NCBI GenBank assembly: GCA_965237525.1
Contig: CBDEFO010000008.1
Coordinates: 576,001 to 640,000 of the forward strand
Source: Candidatus Latescibacterota bacterium
Lineage (GTDB): Bacteria; Latescibacterota; CBDEFO01
Direction of reading: 5' to 3'
Length of the DNA: 64,000 nt
Numbering within the stretch: the stretch's first letter is position 1; each line of letters starts with the position of its first letter. The position numbers were made by a program, and so were the translations under genes. The notes under the pieces are model-generated. The model ran no database searches. It was given only the letters and a program-made list of their open reading frames with translations, and was not told where the DNA came from. Positions 20,708-29,687 of the stretch are shown one piece after another.

Positions 20708-21208
20708 CTATACCCATTTAACACCTGCAAAGAACTTCTGAGCTATCAATCCGGCCACAGGTGGAAAGAAAAATGTACTTGCAATACAAATCAGAGTAAA
20801 TCTCCAACCTAATATCACTATTTCTATCGGTAATCTTCCAGCTGTCCATAATGACCATCCTGTCAAAAACGCAACCGTAGTCCCCGCGCTTGCTCCAGAG
20901 CGCAAGAGTCCAGCAGCGATAGTTAAACCGACATAAGAACCGCCAGGGGCCAAACCACCAGCTATTGTACCGATGCATATCCCTCGAATACCAGATTCTT
21001 CACCCACCCAAGTTGATAAGAATTCGCGGGGGATAAGAACCTGAATCATACCGGCCACGATAAAAGAGAAAAACAACAATGGTAGGATTCCAACTGTCAT
21101 GTTCATGGCCAATTTCATACCGCTGATGTGTTCTCCTCGTACGTTGTGGTACCCTGTGCAAGAAGGATAATTGCAAGTATCCCTATTACTTATTGTTGCA
21201 ATTAGCAT
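20708..21208 (-). CDS. DUF318/ArsP-like permease (N-terminus apparently frameshift-scrambled)
   Basis: LPLLFFSFIVAGMIQVLIP, WVGEESG.RG, PGGSYV, GAS.GT.VAF; SD GGAGG. Confidence 0.75.
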   Translation of the reverse strand: MLIATISNRDTCNYPSCTGYHNVRGEHISGMKLAMNMTVGILPLLFFSFIVAGMIQVLIPREFLSTWVGEESGIRGICIGTIAGGLAPGGSYVGLTIAAGLLRSGASAGTTVAFLTGWSLWTAGRLPIEIVILGWRFTLICIASTFFFPPVAGLIAQKFFAGVKWV

Positions 21209-21409
21209 TTCTGAGCTCCTCCTCTTTCGATCCATAATTTTTCTCCAAATGTTGTGTTGTCAATTACAATGTGATAACAGCGGAATAGATGTTGGGCAGA
21301 AACGTCAATTAAATAGCGTTTCAGAAATGGCGGACCTTCTCTTTGGTCACTACAAGTGCCAAATGGTAGCCATCAAGGTTCCCGCTCCTTTTGCCTGGAA
21401 GACACAGAT

Positions 21410-21437
21410 TAAAGAATGAGACCGATTTGTCCGATCA
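21410..21437 (+). promoter_or_regulatory. Possible sigma28/SigD-type promoter
   Basis: TAAA-N16-TCCGATCA upstream of ORF 21570. Confidence 0.3.
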
Positions 21438-21569
21438 TAAAGGTAGAACAAGATGTCTTGAACTGTCTTATCTCCATCCTGCTAAAGATCTTCAGATGTT
21501 ACGTGTAAGTACAGATGGGCCTGGCTCCTGTTCTTTGTCCTGTTTCACTTATAAGGTGGTGATCGTCCG

Positions 21570-21881
21570 ATGGCTGATTCAATAGAAACTGAGAAGACCT
21601 TCTCCAAGACCCAGATCGTGGAAAGGGTAGTCGAATCGCAAAGAAAACATCCGGACGCAGACCGCAAGAAGTGGACTCCGTCACCAAAGGCTCGAAGTAC
21701 TCGGATGCACAAGCCCACAGACAGGGATAAGCACCAAGAAGAAGATACGCTCCTTCTGTCAGAAGAGCGTCAGCACAAAGATGAGTCCCAAGACTCAGAA
21801 GATGAAGAACAGAATACAACTGCTTTGAACTCACAAGACCCCGAATCGAATAAGGGGCAGACTCTAGACCTCAGGGCATAG
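21570..21881 (+). CDS. Small hydrophilic hypothetical protein ending GQTLDLRA
   Basis: SD AAGGTGG; C-terminal G..LDL.A resembles small flagellar-regulon proteins. Confidence 0.55.
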   Translation: MADSIETEKTFSKTQIVERVVESQRKHPDADRKKWTPSPKARSTRMHKPTDRDKHQEEDTLLLSEERQHKDESQDSEDEEQNTTALNSQDPESNKGQTLDLRA

Positions 21882-22049
21882 ACTGAGAAAGACAAAAATG
21901 TAAAAAGGGGTTAGTAGGTCCAAATGTGGCTTAAGAAAGTTAGTTCGCATAATGGAGTTATCCAAACTCCAGGCTAAAGCGCAGTAACTCTCAGACAAAA
22001 AGAACCAGGCAAGCCCACCGAATGTTGCATTGAATTACCTCTTCAGGCT

Positions 22050-22620
22050 ATCTCGTTCTGCCGAAGTTTTCCAGAAAAGTTACAGAGTCGGAAAGACCAA
22101 TCTCTTCATCGTTGTCCAAATCGAATGTAGGATCCCAATTGCTTCAGCTGGTCGTTGTCCGGAACACAACCAGGAGAGGGACAGAATCGGAAAGACCTAC
22201 TTCATTTTACCTGTCAAAATCTCCTGCAAGGCCAGGGGCACTAACAGTGGTGTCAGAGAGATTTAATAACAATAGATACACTATTGCTGAACTCATTAGC
22301 CACAGCTAAGTCATTATCTCCATCTAAATCTGGACGGAATAGCCAAGGGGGACCAGTCCGTTGACATAGTACACCTCAGATGCAAATGTACCATCTCCAT
22401 TTATGAAGAATGCTGATACACTACCTCTGCCTACTTTCACCACAGCTAAGTCATTATCTCCGTCTCTGTCCAAACCAGCAAGCAAGACTGATACTGGAAT
22501 ACCCCCAACAGCATAGTCGGTTTTGGGGCCGAAAAGATCCTGTGTACAGGCAGGTGCATTCAGAGCGAGTAACAGTGCCGGGGCAACATAGAATATTATC
22601 CGTGTCGTTTTAGCCTTCCG
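22050..22620 (-). pseudogene. Secreted FG-GAP/VCBS-repeat protein with C-terminal dockerin-like domain
   Basis: Fragments LDRDGDNDLAV, INGDGTFA, DLDGDNDLAVANEFSNSVSI, then GDFDR*NEVGLSD...WDPTFDLDNDEEIGLSD...NFG; multiple stops and frameshifts; DNA repeat CACAGCTAAGTCATTATCTCC at 22301 and 22441. Confidence 0.7.
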
Positions 22621-22689
22621 GCTTTCTTAGCGTTACTAAATGTTTTTGGGCAAGTTCACCCTTCACATCGGGATTCTCCCCGTTCACTG

Positions 22690-23180
22690 TTAAAGGCTAA
22701 GTTTTGGGCTGTCCCTTACCGTGACCTTGTCTTTGGAATCATCTTCATAAAATAGATCAAGAATAATCTTCTCCTTGCGGATGGCTGCGTAATACCACAC
22801 AAACTAAAAAAGCAACTCAAAAACTCACCTGCAGCTTTGGCAGATAGAGTGGCTTTTCGGATTCTGGAAGCTCCTCCCTTCAGGATAAAGGGGAGTCCGA
22901 TAGAACGGGTATCGGTTCGGAAAGTCCAAATCTCACGCCCCGCCTTGTGTCCCTTATCCACACACTAAAGTATATGAAACAATCGGAGCAGATACAAGTC
23001 AATCTTGACCTGGTCTTTTGCAGCGGTTTCTGCTGTTGTTCTGCTGGAAGAAGAAAAAACACTGCGCAAGATTATGGGGGTGTTAATCTAAGTAAATCAA
23101 GAAATTATAAAAACCGTAAGAAGAGAAGAAATGTTGGGTGAATCTCTGGAACCAAGGATCGCGCATAGCCCGCCAGGGTT
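22690..23180 (+). pseudogene. IS4-family transposase remnant
   Basis: WQIEWLFGFWK (~22837-22870) resembles the IS4 RWQIE..F...K signature; its 3' part resembles 16780-16890. Confidence 0.45.
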
Positions 23181-23202
23181 AAGGCGATAACTCGCAAGGA
23201 TT

Positions 23203-23237
23203 AAGGCCCTGTAAGTTTTTGCATTACAGGGCTTATT
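23203..23237. terminator. Stem-loop, possible terminator at the accessory/core boundary
   Basis: GCCCTGTAA-gtttttgca-TTACAGGGC followed by TTATTT. Confidence 0.5.
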
Positions 23238-23441
23238 TGGTTTTGGAATTTCTCTGATTTCTTACAATTTAAGATATTATTGGGATACTTTTGTCGGAGA
23301 AGAAGATGCGTTCTAGAATAGATTCAAAGCACATTGGTAAGCTGACGTCTGATCTGGACAAGCATCAGGTTGCAGCAGAACAGGGTCTCGTTAAGTATTG
23401 GGTGTCGTAACCACGGCAAGTTGGGCGTCCAGAAATTTAAC

Positions 23442-23470
23442 TTGACCTTTGGACATCCAAGATTTATCTT
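23442..23470 (+). promoter_or_regulatory. sigma70-type promoter upstream of mfd
   Basis: TTGACC-17 bp-TATCTT. Confidence 0.5.
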
Positions 23471-23623
23471 TTATTATTACAAACAATTATGACTGGGCGT
23501 TCTACTTGTGACCAGAATCAAGCGACTCCCCTTGGAGGTTCGTCAGAAGTATTTTCATAACTGTTGCCCGCTTTTGCGCTCTTATTATTGCATTGAAATG
23601 AACTTTGTTGGGAAGGTTCTCAT

Positions 23624-26600
23624 ATGTCTGTTTCTGCCATAAAGGCAAAGTTAGAGGGTTCTTTAAGTTTTGATGTGCTTGCGGAAAGAATAGCATCGGA
23701 CACAAATCGGATCAAGGTCTGTGGATTGGCTGGATCTCTGGGAGGCTTTGTCCTTTCCTCTATTAAATCTACCACCCAATTTCCCCTTGTGGCCGTGACG
23801 GTTGGTGAGGAAGAGGCGGAGGAATTGAGAGATGACCTGGAGACCATCCTGGGTCAAGAAAGAGTCAGGTATTTTCCACCATGTGATGTCTTGCCTTACG
23901 AGGAAAAATCCCCAAGCTGGGACGTAACGGGGCTGAGAGTGGAGGCTTTGGATTCGCTTGTAGAAAAAGAGGACGTTGCAGTAGTAACGACTATGGAGGC
24001 CCTCTTGGGATGGACGATTCCATCTTACATATTCGGGTTGGCGGTGCAGTCTTTAAAGGTTAGATCTGAAGTGGATTTAGAGTATCTGGCGACGGTTCTG
24101 GTGGGAATTGGGTTTGAGCGTGTTCCCATTGTCGAGGGGATAGGACAGTTGAGCATCCGCGGGGGGATTTTAGACGTATATTCGTTCGGAGCCGAGAATC
24201 CGACCAGAATAGAGTTTTTTGGAGATCAGGTAGAGTCGATAAGGGAATTCGATCTCTATTCGCAAAGGTCTCTTCTCCAGAAAGATGAGGTTAGAGTCCT
24301 TCCGCGGCGCGAGGTAATTCTGCTTGAAGGACTGACAGAGGATTATTCTAAGAACATCGAAAGTTTAGAGGAAAAGGAAGGTCTATCCTTAGATCAGCTG
24401 TCAGATCAGATCAGATCTGGGATTTTAGATGATGGAGTTGAGGGATATATGCCGGTCATATACAAAGAAAGAGCAGGTATTTTGGACTACCTGGAGGAAG
24501 ACTGGCTGGTCTTTATGCAAGATCCTGATGAATTGGATGACCAGGCGGACAGGTTCTCGGCTCGCATAGACCGCGCTCTTGAGAGCCGCAAAAGGGAAGA
24601 GGGTAGGTCTCTACCAAAAGATCTATTTGCGCCTGATGTGGAATCCTTGCACCGTAAGCTTTCGGATCTGGTGGTTGTGGAGAACCTGACGTTTGACCCT
24701 GCTGCGGACGGAAAGATCGATTTTGCGGCTTCTCATATGAGGCGCTACGAGGGCGATCTGCGCTCCTTGAGGGAAGATACAGAAAAGCTGTCGCAGGAAG
24801 GTTATCTGATAGAGATCCTGTGCGACAACAAGGGTCAGGCCGAGCGTCTGGAGGAAGTGCTAGAGGATGTGGGGCATTTGATCTCTATGAGAATAGGAAA
24901 TCTGCACAGGGGATTTGTCGCTCCGCAAGCCAAGATCGCCCTTTTGAACGACCACGAGATCTTCGGGCACTACAAAAGGAGGCACAGATACCACAAGTTC
25001 AAAGAGGGGACCCCAATTTCAAACTATACAGCCCTCCAACGGGGCGACTTTGTCGTTCACGTGGATTACGGCATCGGGCAATACCAGAAAGCGGAAAGAT
25101 TATGTGTAGATCATGTGCAGAAGGACTTCCTATTGATCCTGTATCGGGACAGAGATAAGCTGTATGTACCGATCGACCAGTTGGACCGGGTTCAGAACTA
25201 TTCGGTCGAAGAAAGTGTTCCTCCAGCCTTAAGCAAATTAGGGGGATCGGCGTGGGAAAAGATGAAGCAAAAGACAAAAAGGGCGATCTATATGATGGCC
25301 AAGGATCTCGTCGAGCTACAGGCGTTAAGGAGGGTAAAGACGGGCTTTGCATTTCCAGAAGATTCCCTATGGCAAAAGGAGCTTGAGGCATCGTTTATGT
25401 ACCAGGAGACTCCGGATCAGCTTTTAGCTGTAGAGCATGTGAAGGCTGATCTTGAGAAAAATATGCCGACCGATCGCCTGGTCTGCGGAGACGTGGGTTA
25501 CGGAAAGACCGAGGTGGCTATGCGAGCCGCCTTCAAGGTCGTCTGCGATCACAAACAGGTGGCAGTACTGGTTCCGACTACTATTCTGGCTCAACAGCAC
25601 CATAGGACCTTTACTGAAAGACTCGAAAACTTTCCCCTGAAGGTGGAGGTCTTGAGCCGTTTTAAGACAAAAAAGGAACAAAAAAGAATAGTCGAGGGCG
25701 TAAGGAACGGGCAAGTGGATATAGTCATAGGGACACATCGCCTTTTATCTAAGGACATGCAGTTTAAGGATTTAGGACTGGTGATAATAGATGAAGAGCA
25801 CAGATTCGGAGTAAAGAGCAAGGAGGAACTCAAGCGTTTCAGAAGGATGGTAGATGTGCTATCGTTGACAGCGACGCCTATACCGAGGACCTTGCACATG
25901 TCCCTTATGGGAGTGCGTGACCTCTCTGTGATCAACACTCCTCCTAAAGGGAGGATGCCGATATACAGCGAGATCGTCCCGTTCGATGAGGAAAGAATTG
26001 CTGAGGCGATCCTGAGAGAGATACACAGAAATGGACAGGTCTATTTCGTACACAATCGAGTTCAGTCCATAGATTCTATAGTGGTGTTTTTGAGGGAACT
26101 TCTGCCGCAGGTACGCTTTGCTGTGGCGCACGGCCAGATGCCGGAGCGGGAGCTTGAAAAGACCATGGTGGAGTTCTTGGATAAGAAATATGACTGTTTA
26201 GTGTCTACAATGATAATCGAATCTGGTCTGGACATCCCAAACGTAAACACTATCATAATCAACAGGGCAGATCGCTTCGGCCTTGCCCAACTCTATCAGT
26301 TGAAAGGGAGGGTGGGTAGATCGAACCAGAAGGCTTACGCTTACCTGGTAGTTCCTCCCAAAAGAACCTTGAATATCGACGCAAAGAGGAGGCTAAGAGC
26401 TATACAGGAATTCCAAGATCTGGGTTCTGGATTTAACATAGCAATGAGAGACCTTGAGATAAGGGGCGGTGGAAATATACTGGGCCCCCAGCAGCACGGA
26501 TTCATAGCGGCTGTGGGATTCGACCTGTACTGTCGGCTTTTAGACGAGGCGATAAGAGAACTCAAGGGAGAGGAAGGCGACGAGACACCCGATCCTCATG

Positions 26601-27028
26601 TAGAGATAATGGCCTCGGCATACATCCCTCAGGAGTATATTCCGGACGTAGATCAGAAGGTGATAATATACAAGCGCTTGGCTGAAACTACAAGGTCCGT
26701 CGAGATACTGGCAATTGAGGAGGAGTTGAAGGATCGCTACGGAAATCTTCCCGATCCAGTGCTGTCTCTTTTGGACACGATACATCTTAAGATCCTGGCA
26801 AAGCAGTTGGGATTGGAGACGATCACGATGTCGGCATCAAGGCTCAGGTTAGTCTTTCCGAAAGAGCGAAAACTTTCCCAAAAAGATGTGGAACTATTTG
26901 TGAAGCATTCTCCTGTCCCCCTGGAATTTTCGCTATCTGAGCAGGTAGCCATAGATGCCCGTCTGGAGGGTGAAGACGAGCGCGAATGGCTCCAATGCTC
27001 AAAAAACATCTTGCAACAAATCATTTGA
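23624..27028 (+). CDS. mfd: Transcription-repair coupling factor
   Basis: UvrB-homology (IRGGILD), CarD/RID (GDFVVHVDYGIG), GDVGYGKT, DEEHRFG, TATPIPR, QLKGRVGR, TRG and TRCF domains. Confidence 0.98.
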   Translation: MSVSAIKAKLEGSLSFDVLAERIASDTNRIKVCGLAGSLGGFVLSSIKSTTQFPLVAVTVGEEEAEELRDDLETILGQERVRYFPPCDVLPYEEKSPSWDVTGLRVEALDSLVEKEDVAVVTTMEALLGWTIPSYIFGLAVQSLKVRSEVDLEYLATVLVGIGFERVPIVEGIGQLSIRGGILDVYSFGAENPTRIEFFGDQVESIREFDLYSQRSLLQKDEVRVLPRREVILLEGLTEDYSKNIESLEEKEGLSLDQLSDQIRSGILDDGVEGYMPVIYKERAGILDYLEEDWLVFMQDPDELDDQADRFSARIDRALESRKREEGRSLPKDLFAPDVESLHRKLSDLVVVENLTFDPAADGKIDFAASHMRRYEGDLRSLREDTEKLSQEGYLIEILCDNKGQAERLEEVLEDVGHLISMRIGNLHRGFVAPQAKIALLNDHEIFGHYKRRHRYHKFKEGTPISNYTALQRGDFVVHVDYGIGQYQKAERLCVDHVQKDFLLILYRDRDKLYVPIDQLDRVQNYSVEESVPPALSKLGGSAWEKMKQKTKRAIYMMAKDLVELQALRRVKTGFAFPEDSLWQKELEASFMYQETPDQLLAVEHVKADLEKNMPTDRLVCGDVGYGKTEVAMRAAFKVVCDHKQVAVLVPTTILAQQHHRTFTERLENFPLKVEVLSRFKTKKEQKRIVEGVRNGQVDIVIGTHRLLSKDMQFKDLGLVIIDEEHRFGVKSKEELKRFRRMVDVLSLTATPIPRTLHMSLMGVRDLSVINTPPKGRMPIYSEIVPFDEERIAEAILREIHRNGQVYFVHNRVQSIDSIVVFLRELLPQVRFAVAHGQMPERELEKTMVEFLDKKYDCLVSTMIIESGLDIPNVNTIIINRADRFGLAQLYQLKGRVGRSNQKAYAYLVVPPKRTLNIDAKRRLRAIQEFQDLGSGFNIAMRDLEIRGGGNILGPQQHGFIAAVGFDLYCRLLDEAIRELKGEEGDETPDPHVEIMASAYIPQEYIPDVDQKVIIYKRLAETTRSVEILAIEEELKDRYGNLPDPVLSLLDTIHLKILAKQLGLETITMSASRLRLVFPKERKLSQKDVELFVKHSPVPLEFSLSEQVAIDARLEGEDEREWLQCSKNILQQII

Positions 27029-27058
27029 TTAATTATATTCAAGGGGCTACTTTAAAAA

Positions 27059-27190
27059 TAGTAAACAGCAAACATTAGACAGTAGGCAGGGGCACCGCCC
27101 CCCATCCCTTTATGCTGTTTTTCAAGGGCTTAGGCAGGGTTGCCCTGTATGCTGTCTAACTAGACAGAATGTCTGTTCTACTGTCTGCTT
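27059..27190. repeat. Heptamer-based (CTGTCTA/CTGTTTG) intergenic repeat, inverted arrangement
   Basis: Related arrays at 35653-35704, 49145-49160, 54063-54100, 59333-59360. Confidence 0.6.
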
Positions 27191-27253
27191 GTTTTTATGG
27201 GGGTAAGGTTATTCATCACTATCATTTAACAAGGATTGCTCTTATTGCCTTAG

Positions 27254-28772
27254 AAGCCTTGTGAAATAGTTATGTCCCAGGCAGCGTCTGAAGCGCCGAT
27301 TATGGGTCAAAGAGTAGCATATCGTATCGTTTTGCTGTGGAATAAGCAAAATAGTCTTATCAGAGTTCTGGTCAGCAAGGAACAGGAGCTGTTTGAAGAA
27401 CAGGATGCACTGTCTTTGACAGACAGGGCACACATAGACGCTTTCCCCCTTCTTATGAAAGATACAAGCCTCTTGAGATTCTGTACTGTTGCAACAAGAT
27501 TCAACTGTTCATTCAGTGAGGCTGGTCCTCTGTAACGGGCTCGTCCCATACCGTGTTGTTGCCTGGCTTCAGCAAAGATATGTTCACTGCGTTTACGGAG
27601 TCTCCGGGAGAGTTTGTAGTCAGCTGTTAATGAGATAGACCGTGCATGATTTCTGGCTTTCGCCTCTCGCACTTTTCTATCCCGTTCGGCCTGAATATGT
27701 GCTGGATTTGTCTTGTTTTTCCATGTAGGAATCGGTTCAATCTTCTCATCGGCTCGCAGAGGAATATGGGGTATGATTCCCCGGTCAAGTACATCAGCGA
27801 TAAAATTACCAGAACCGTAACCGGTATCGGCACTAAGTGTCTGAATGTCTTTGGGCATGGTGTATGTTTCAAGGTCATCTACCATCTTAAGGGCACTTTC
27901 GGGCTCTGCTGTCCCTGTCGCCTGCGTGCCCTGAGTCTCAAGGATTACTCTGCTTTTTGTGTCGATCAGATCATGGCCCATAAACGAGAGAAAAGCCCCT
28001 TTGCCCTTCGATTTGCTGTATAAGCGCGCGTCGGGGTCTGTAGTCGAACGGTGTGTTTGGTTCGTCCACTTTTCACCATGAAAGTCTTTATCCTGAGGAT
28101 GCCCGGACCTACCCTTTGTCTTATCACCTTCAAAACCGATTCCCTTGAGATAATCATCAAGAGAAACAGGGGGTTCTATCGGCTCAATACTTTTCACTGA
28201 AGCATCAGCTTGTATCTGAGTGCCGTCGACACTAAGGTGTTTACCGCTCACAAGACCGACATCTATGCAACACTGGACTACCTGACGCATTATCCGTTCA
28301 AACAACCCACTGGATGCCCACTTGTGATTGCGAAGCTTGTTGATCGTGCTCCTATCCGGAACCGCATCATCAAATGTCTGATGACAAAACAACCGATATG
28401 CCGCATGCATCCCCACTTCCTGACAGAGCCGATTCTCACTCAAATTATACAGATAGCCAATAAGGATCATTCGAACAACTAATTCAGGATCAATACCGGG
28501 TCTGCCATTGTCAGGGCAATAACAATCTGATACAACGTCTCGTACAAATGAAAAATCAACTGCCTCATCAATCTGACGAAGGATATGATCCTCGGGAACT
28601 AAATCCTCCATCTGAAAATAGTGAAACATCGGATTTGTCTGTTCCTGCTTTTGTGGGGTCATTGTTTCCTCCATGTATAATATTATCAATAACATAATAT
28701 AATACATCGGAACTGCTTTATCAATGCTTGTTCTATACTACTTTCTGAATCTAAGCGTTTTTCACAAGGCTT
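27254..28772 (-). mobile_element. IS1182/IS5-like insertion sequence, complete copy 2
   Basis: Terminal IR AAGCCTTGTGAAA at both ends; 4-bp TTAG duplication at 27250-27253 and 28773-28776. Confidence 0.95.
27307..28662 (-). CDS. IS1182-family transposase (intact)
   Basis: LVPEDHILRQID, GRPGIDP, PDRST, VDGT, TDPDA, ADTGY; SD GGAGG before ATG 28662. Confidence 0.93.
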   Translation of the reverse strand: MTPQKQEQTNPMFHYFQMEDLVPEDHILRQIDEAVDFSFVRDVVSDCYCPDNGRPGIDPELVVRMILIGYLYNLSENRLCQEVGMHAAYRLFCHQTFDDAVPDRSTINKLRNHKWASSGLFERIMRQVVQCCIDVGLVSGKHLSVDGTQIQADASVKSIEPIEPPVSLDDYLKGIGFEGDKTKGRSGHPQDKDFHGEKWTNQTHRSTTDPDARLYSKSKGKGAFLSFMGHDLIDTKSRVILETQGTQATGTAEPESALKMVDDLETYTMPKDIQTLSADTGYGSGNFIADVLDRGIIPHIPLRADEKIEPIPTWKNKTNPAHIQAERDRKVREAKARNHARSISLTADYKLSRRLRKRSEHIFAEARQQHGMGRARYRGPASLNEQLNLVATVQNLKRLVSFIRRGKASMCALSVKDSASCSSNSSCSLLTRTLIRLFCLFHSKTIRYATL

Positions 28773-28778
28773 TTAGGC

Positions 28779-29615
28779 TTGTTCATATTTGCAGGATGCG
28801 GCAAAAAAGAGAAGACCGATACTGCTGTGGCCCGGGCCGGAAACGCGGTTTTGACTCTGGATGCACTAAAGGAGAAGCTACCGCCTCAATTAGACGACAG
28901 TTTATCCGTAGAGGACAAGATTAATCTGGTCGTAAGGTGGGTTGATGAGGAGTTGTTGTACCAGGAGGCCCTGCGCCGGGGCATAGATAACGAGGAAAAG
29001 ATCAAAGACCTCTTGGAAAGGTCAAAAAAAGGGATATTGGTAGCTCAACTTCTGGACAGAGAGTTCGAGAAAATCTCCGAAGTAGCTGATAAGGACATGC
29101 AAGTCTACTACGAGGCTAACAAAGAGGACTTTACGAGAACTAATCTTGAAATAAGGGCGCAGCACATTCTCGTAGAGGATAAAACCGAAGCGGCAAGGGT
29201 GCGCAAAGGATTGCTCACAGGAGAAAGGTTCGCAGCCGTCGCCCGTGAGGAGTCCCTGGATTCATCAGCCCTCGACGTCGGTGATCTGGGCTATTTTTCA
29301 AAGCGTGAAGCCGACCCTCAACTGTGGGACGCCTGTTTGAAACTTAAGGTGAATGTGATCTTCCGTCCGATTCAAACCGATATGGGCTACCACATAACAC
29401 AGGTGATAGACAAAAAAGATGAAGGTACAATAAGGGATATAGAGCAGGTCAGATCACAAATAGCAAATAAAATACGCTCCCAAAGACATGGCGCAAGACT
29501 CAGGGCTCTAATAGAGAATTTGCGGCAAAAAACAAAATACAGTATAGAAAAAGATCTTTTGACTAAGACAGATGGAAATCTCGATTCTACCCCAGAGGTA
29601 ATAAGCATAGAGTAA
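28779..29615 (+). CDS. PpiC/PrsA-like peptidyl-prolyl isomerase lipoprotein, signal peptide split by IS
   Basis: IRAQHILV, FAAVAREES.D, GDLGYF, GYHI; lipobox FAGC; the rest of the signal peptide lies at ~27211-27253. Confidence 0.85.
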   Translation: MFIFAGCGKKEKTDTAVARAGNAVLTLDALKEKLPPQLDDSLSVEDKINLVVRWVDEELLYQEALRRGIDNEEKIKDLLERSKKGILVAQLLDREFEKISEVADKDMQVYYEANKEDFTRTNLEIRAQHILVEDKTEAARVRKGLLTGERFAAVAREESLDSSALDVGDLGYFSKREADPQLWDACLKLKVNVIFRPIQTDMGYHITQVIDKKDEGTIRDIEQVRSQIANKIRSQRHGARLRALIENLRQKTKYSIEKDLLTKTDGNLDSTPEVISIE

Positions 29616-29642
29616 CAATGTTCAAGGGGTTCCCAAAAGTAT

Positions 29643-29663
29643 CCCCGATAGAATCAATCGGGG
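29643..29663. repeat. CCCCGAT-palindrome in the loop of an AAAAGT...ACTTTT hairpin
   Basis: ccccgatagaatcaatcgggg. Confidence 0.9.
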
Positions 29664-29687
29664 CAGAACTTTTCGGAAAAACTGAAA

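Noticed and set aside
23155..23180. tRNA 3'-end att site (...GCCCGCCA)
   Set aside because: No T-arm GTTCGA and no cloverleaf; better explained as part of the diverged repeat.
4230..23295. TATTGGACACTTTTG (~4234) and TATTGGGATACTTTTG (~23278) as island ends
   Set aside because: Short AT-rich similarity with no integrase in the window; could be chance.
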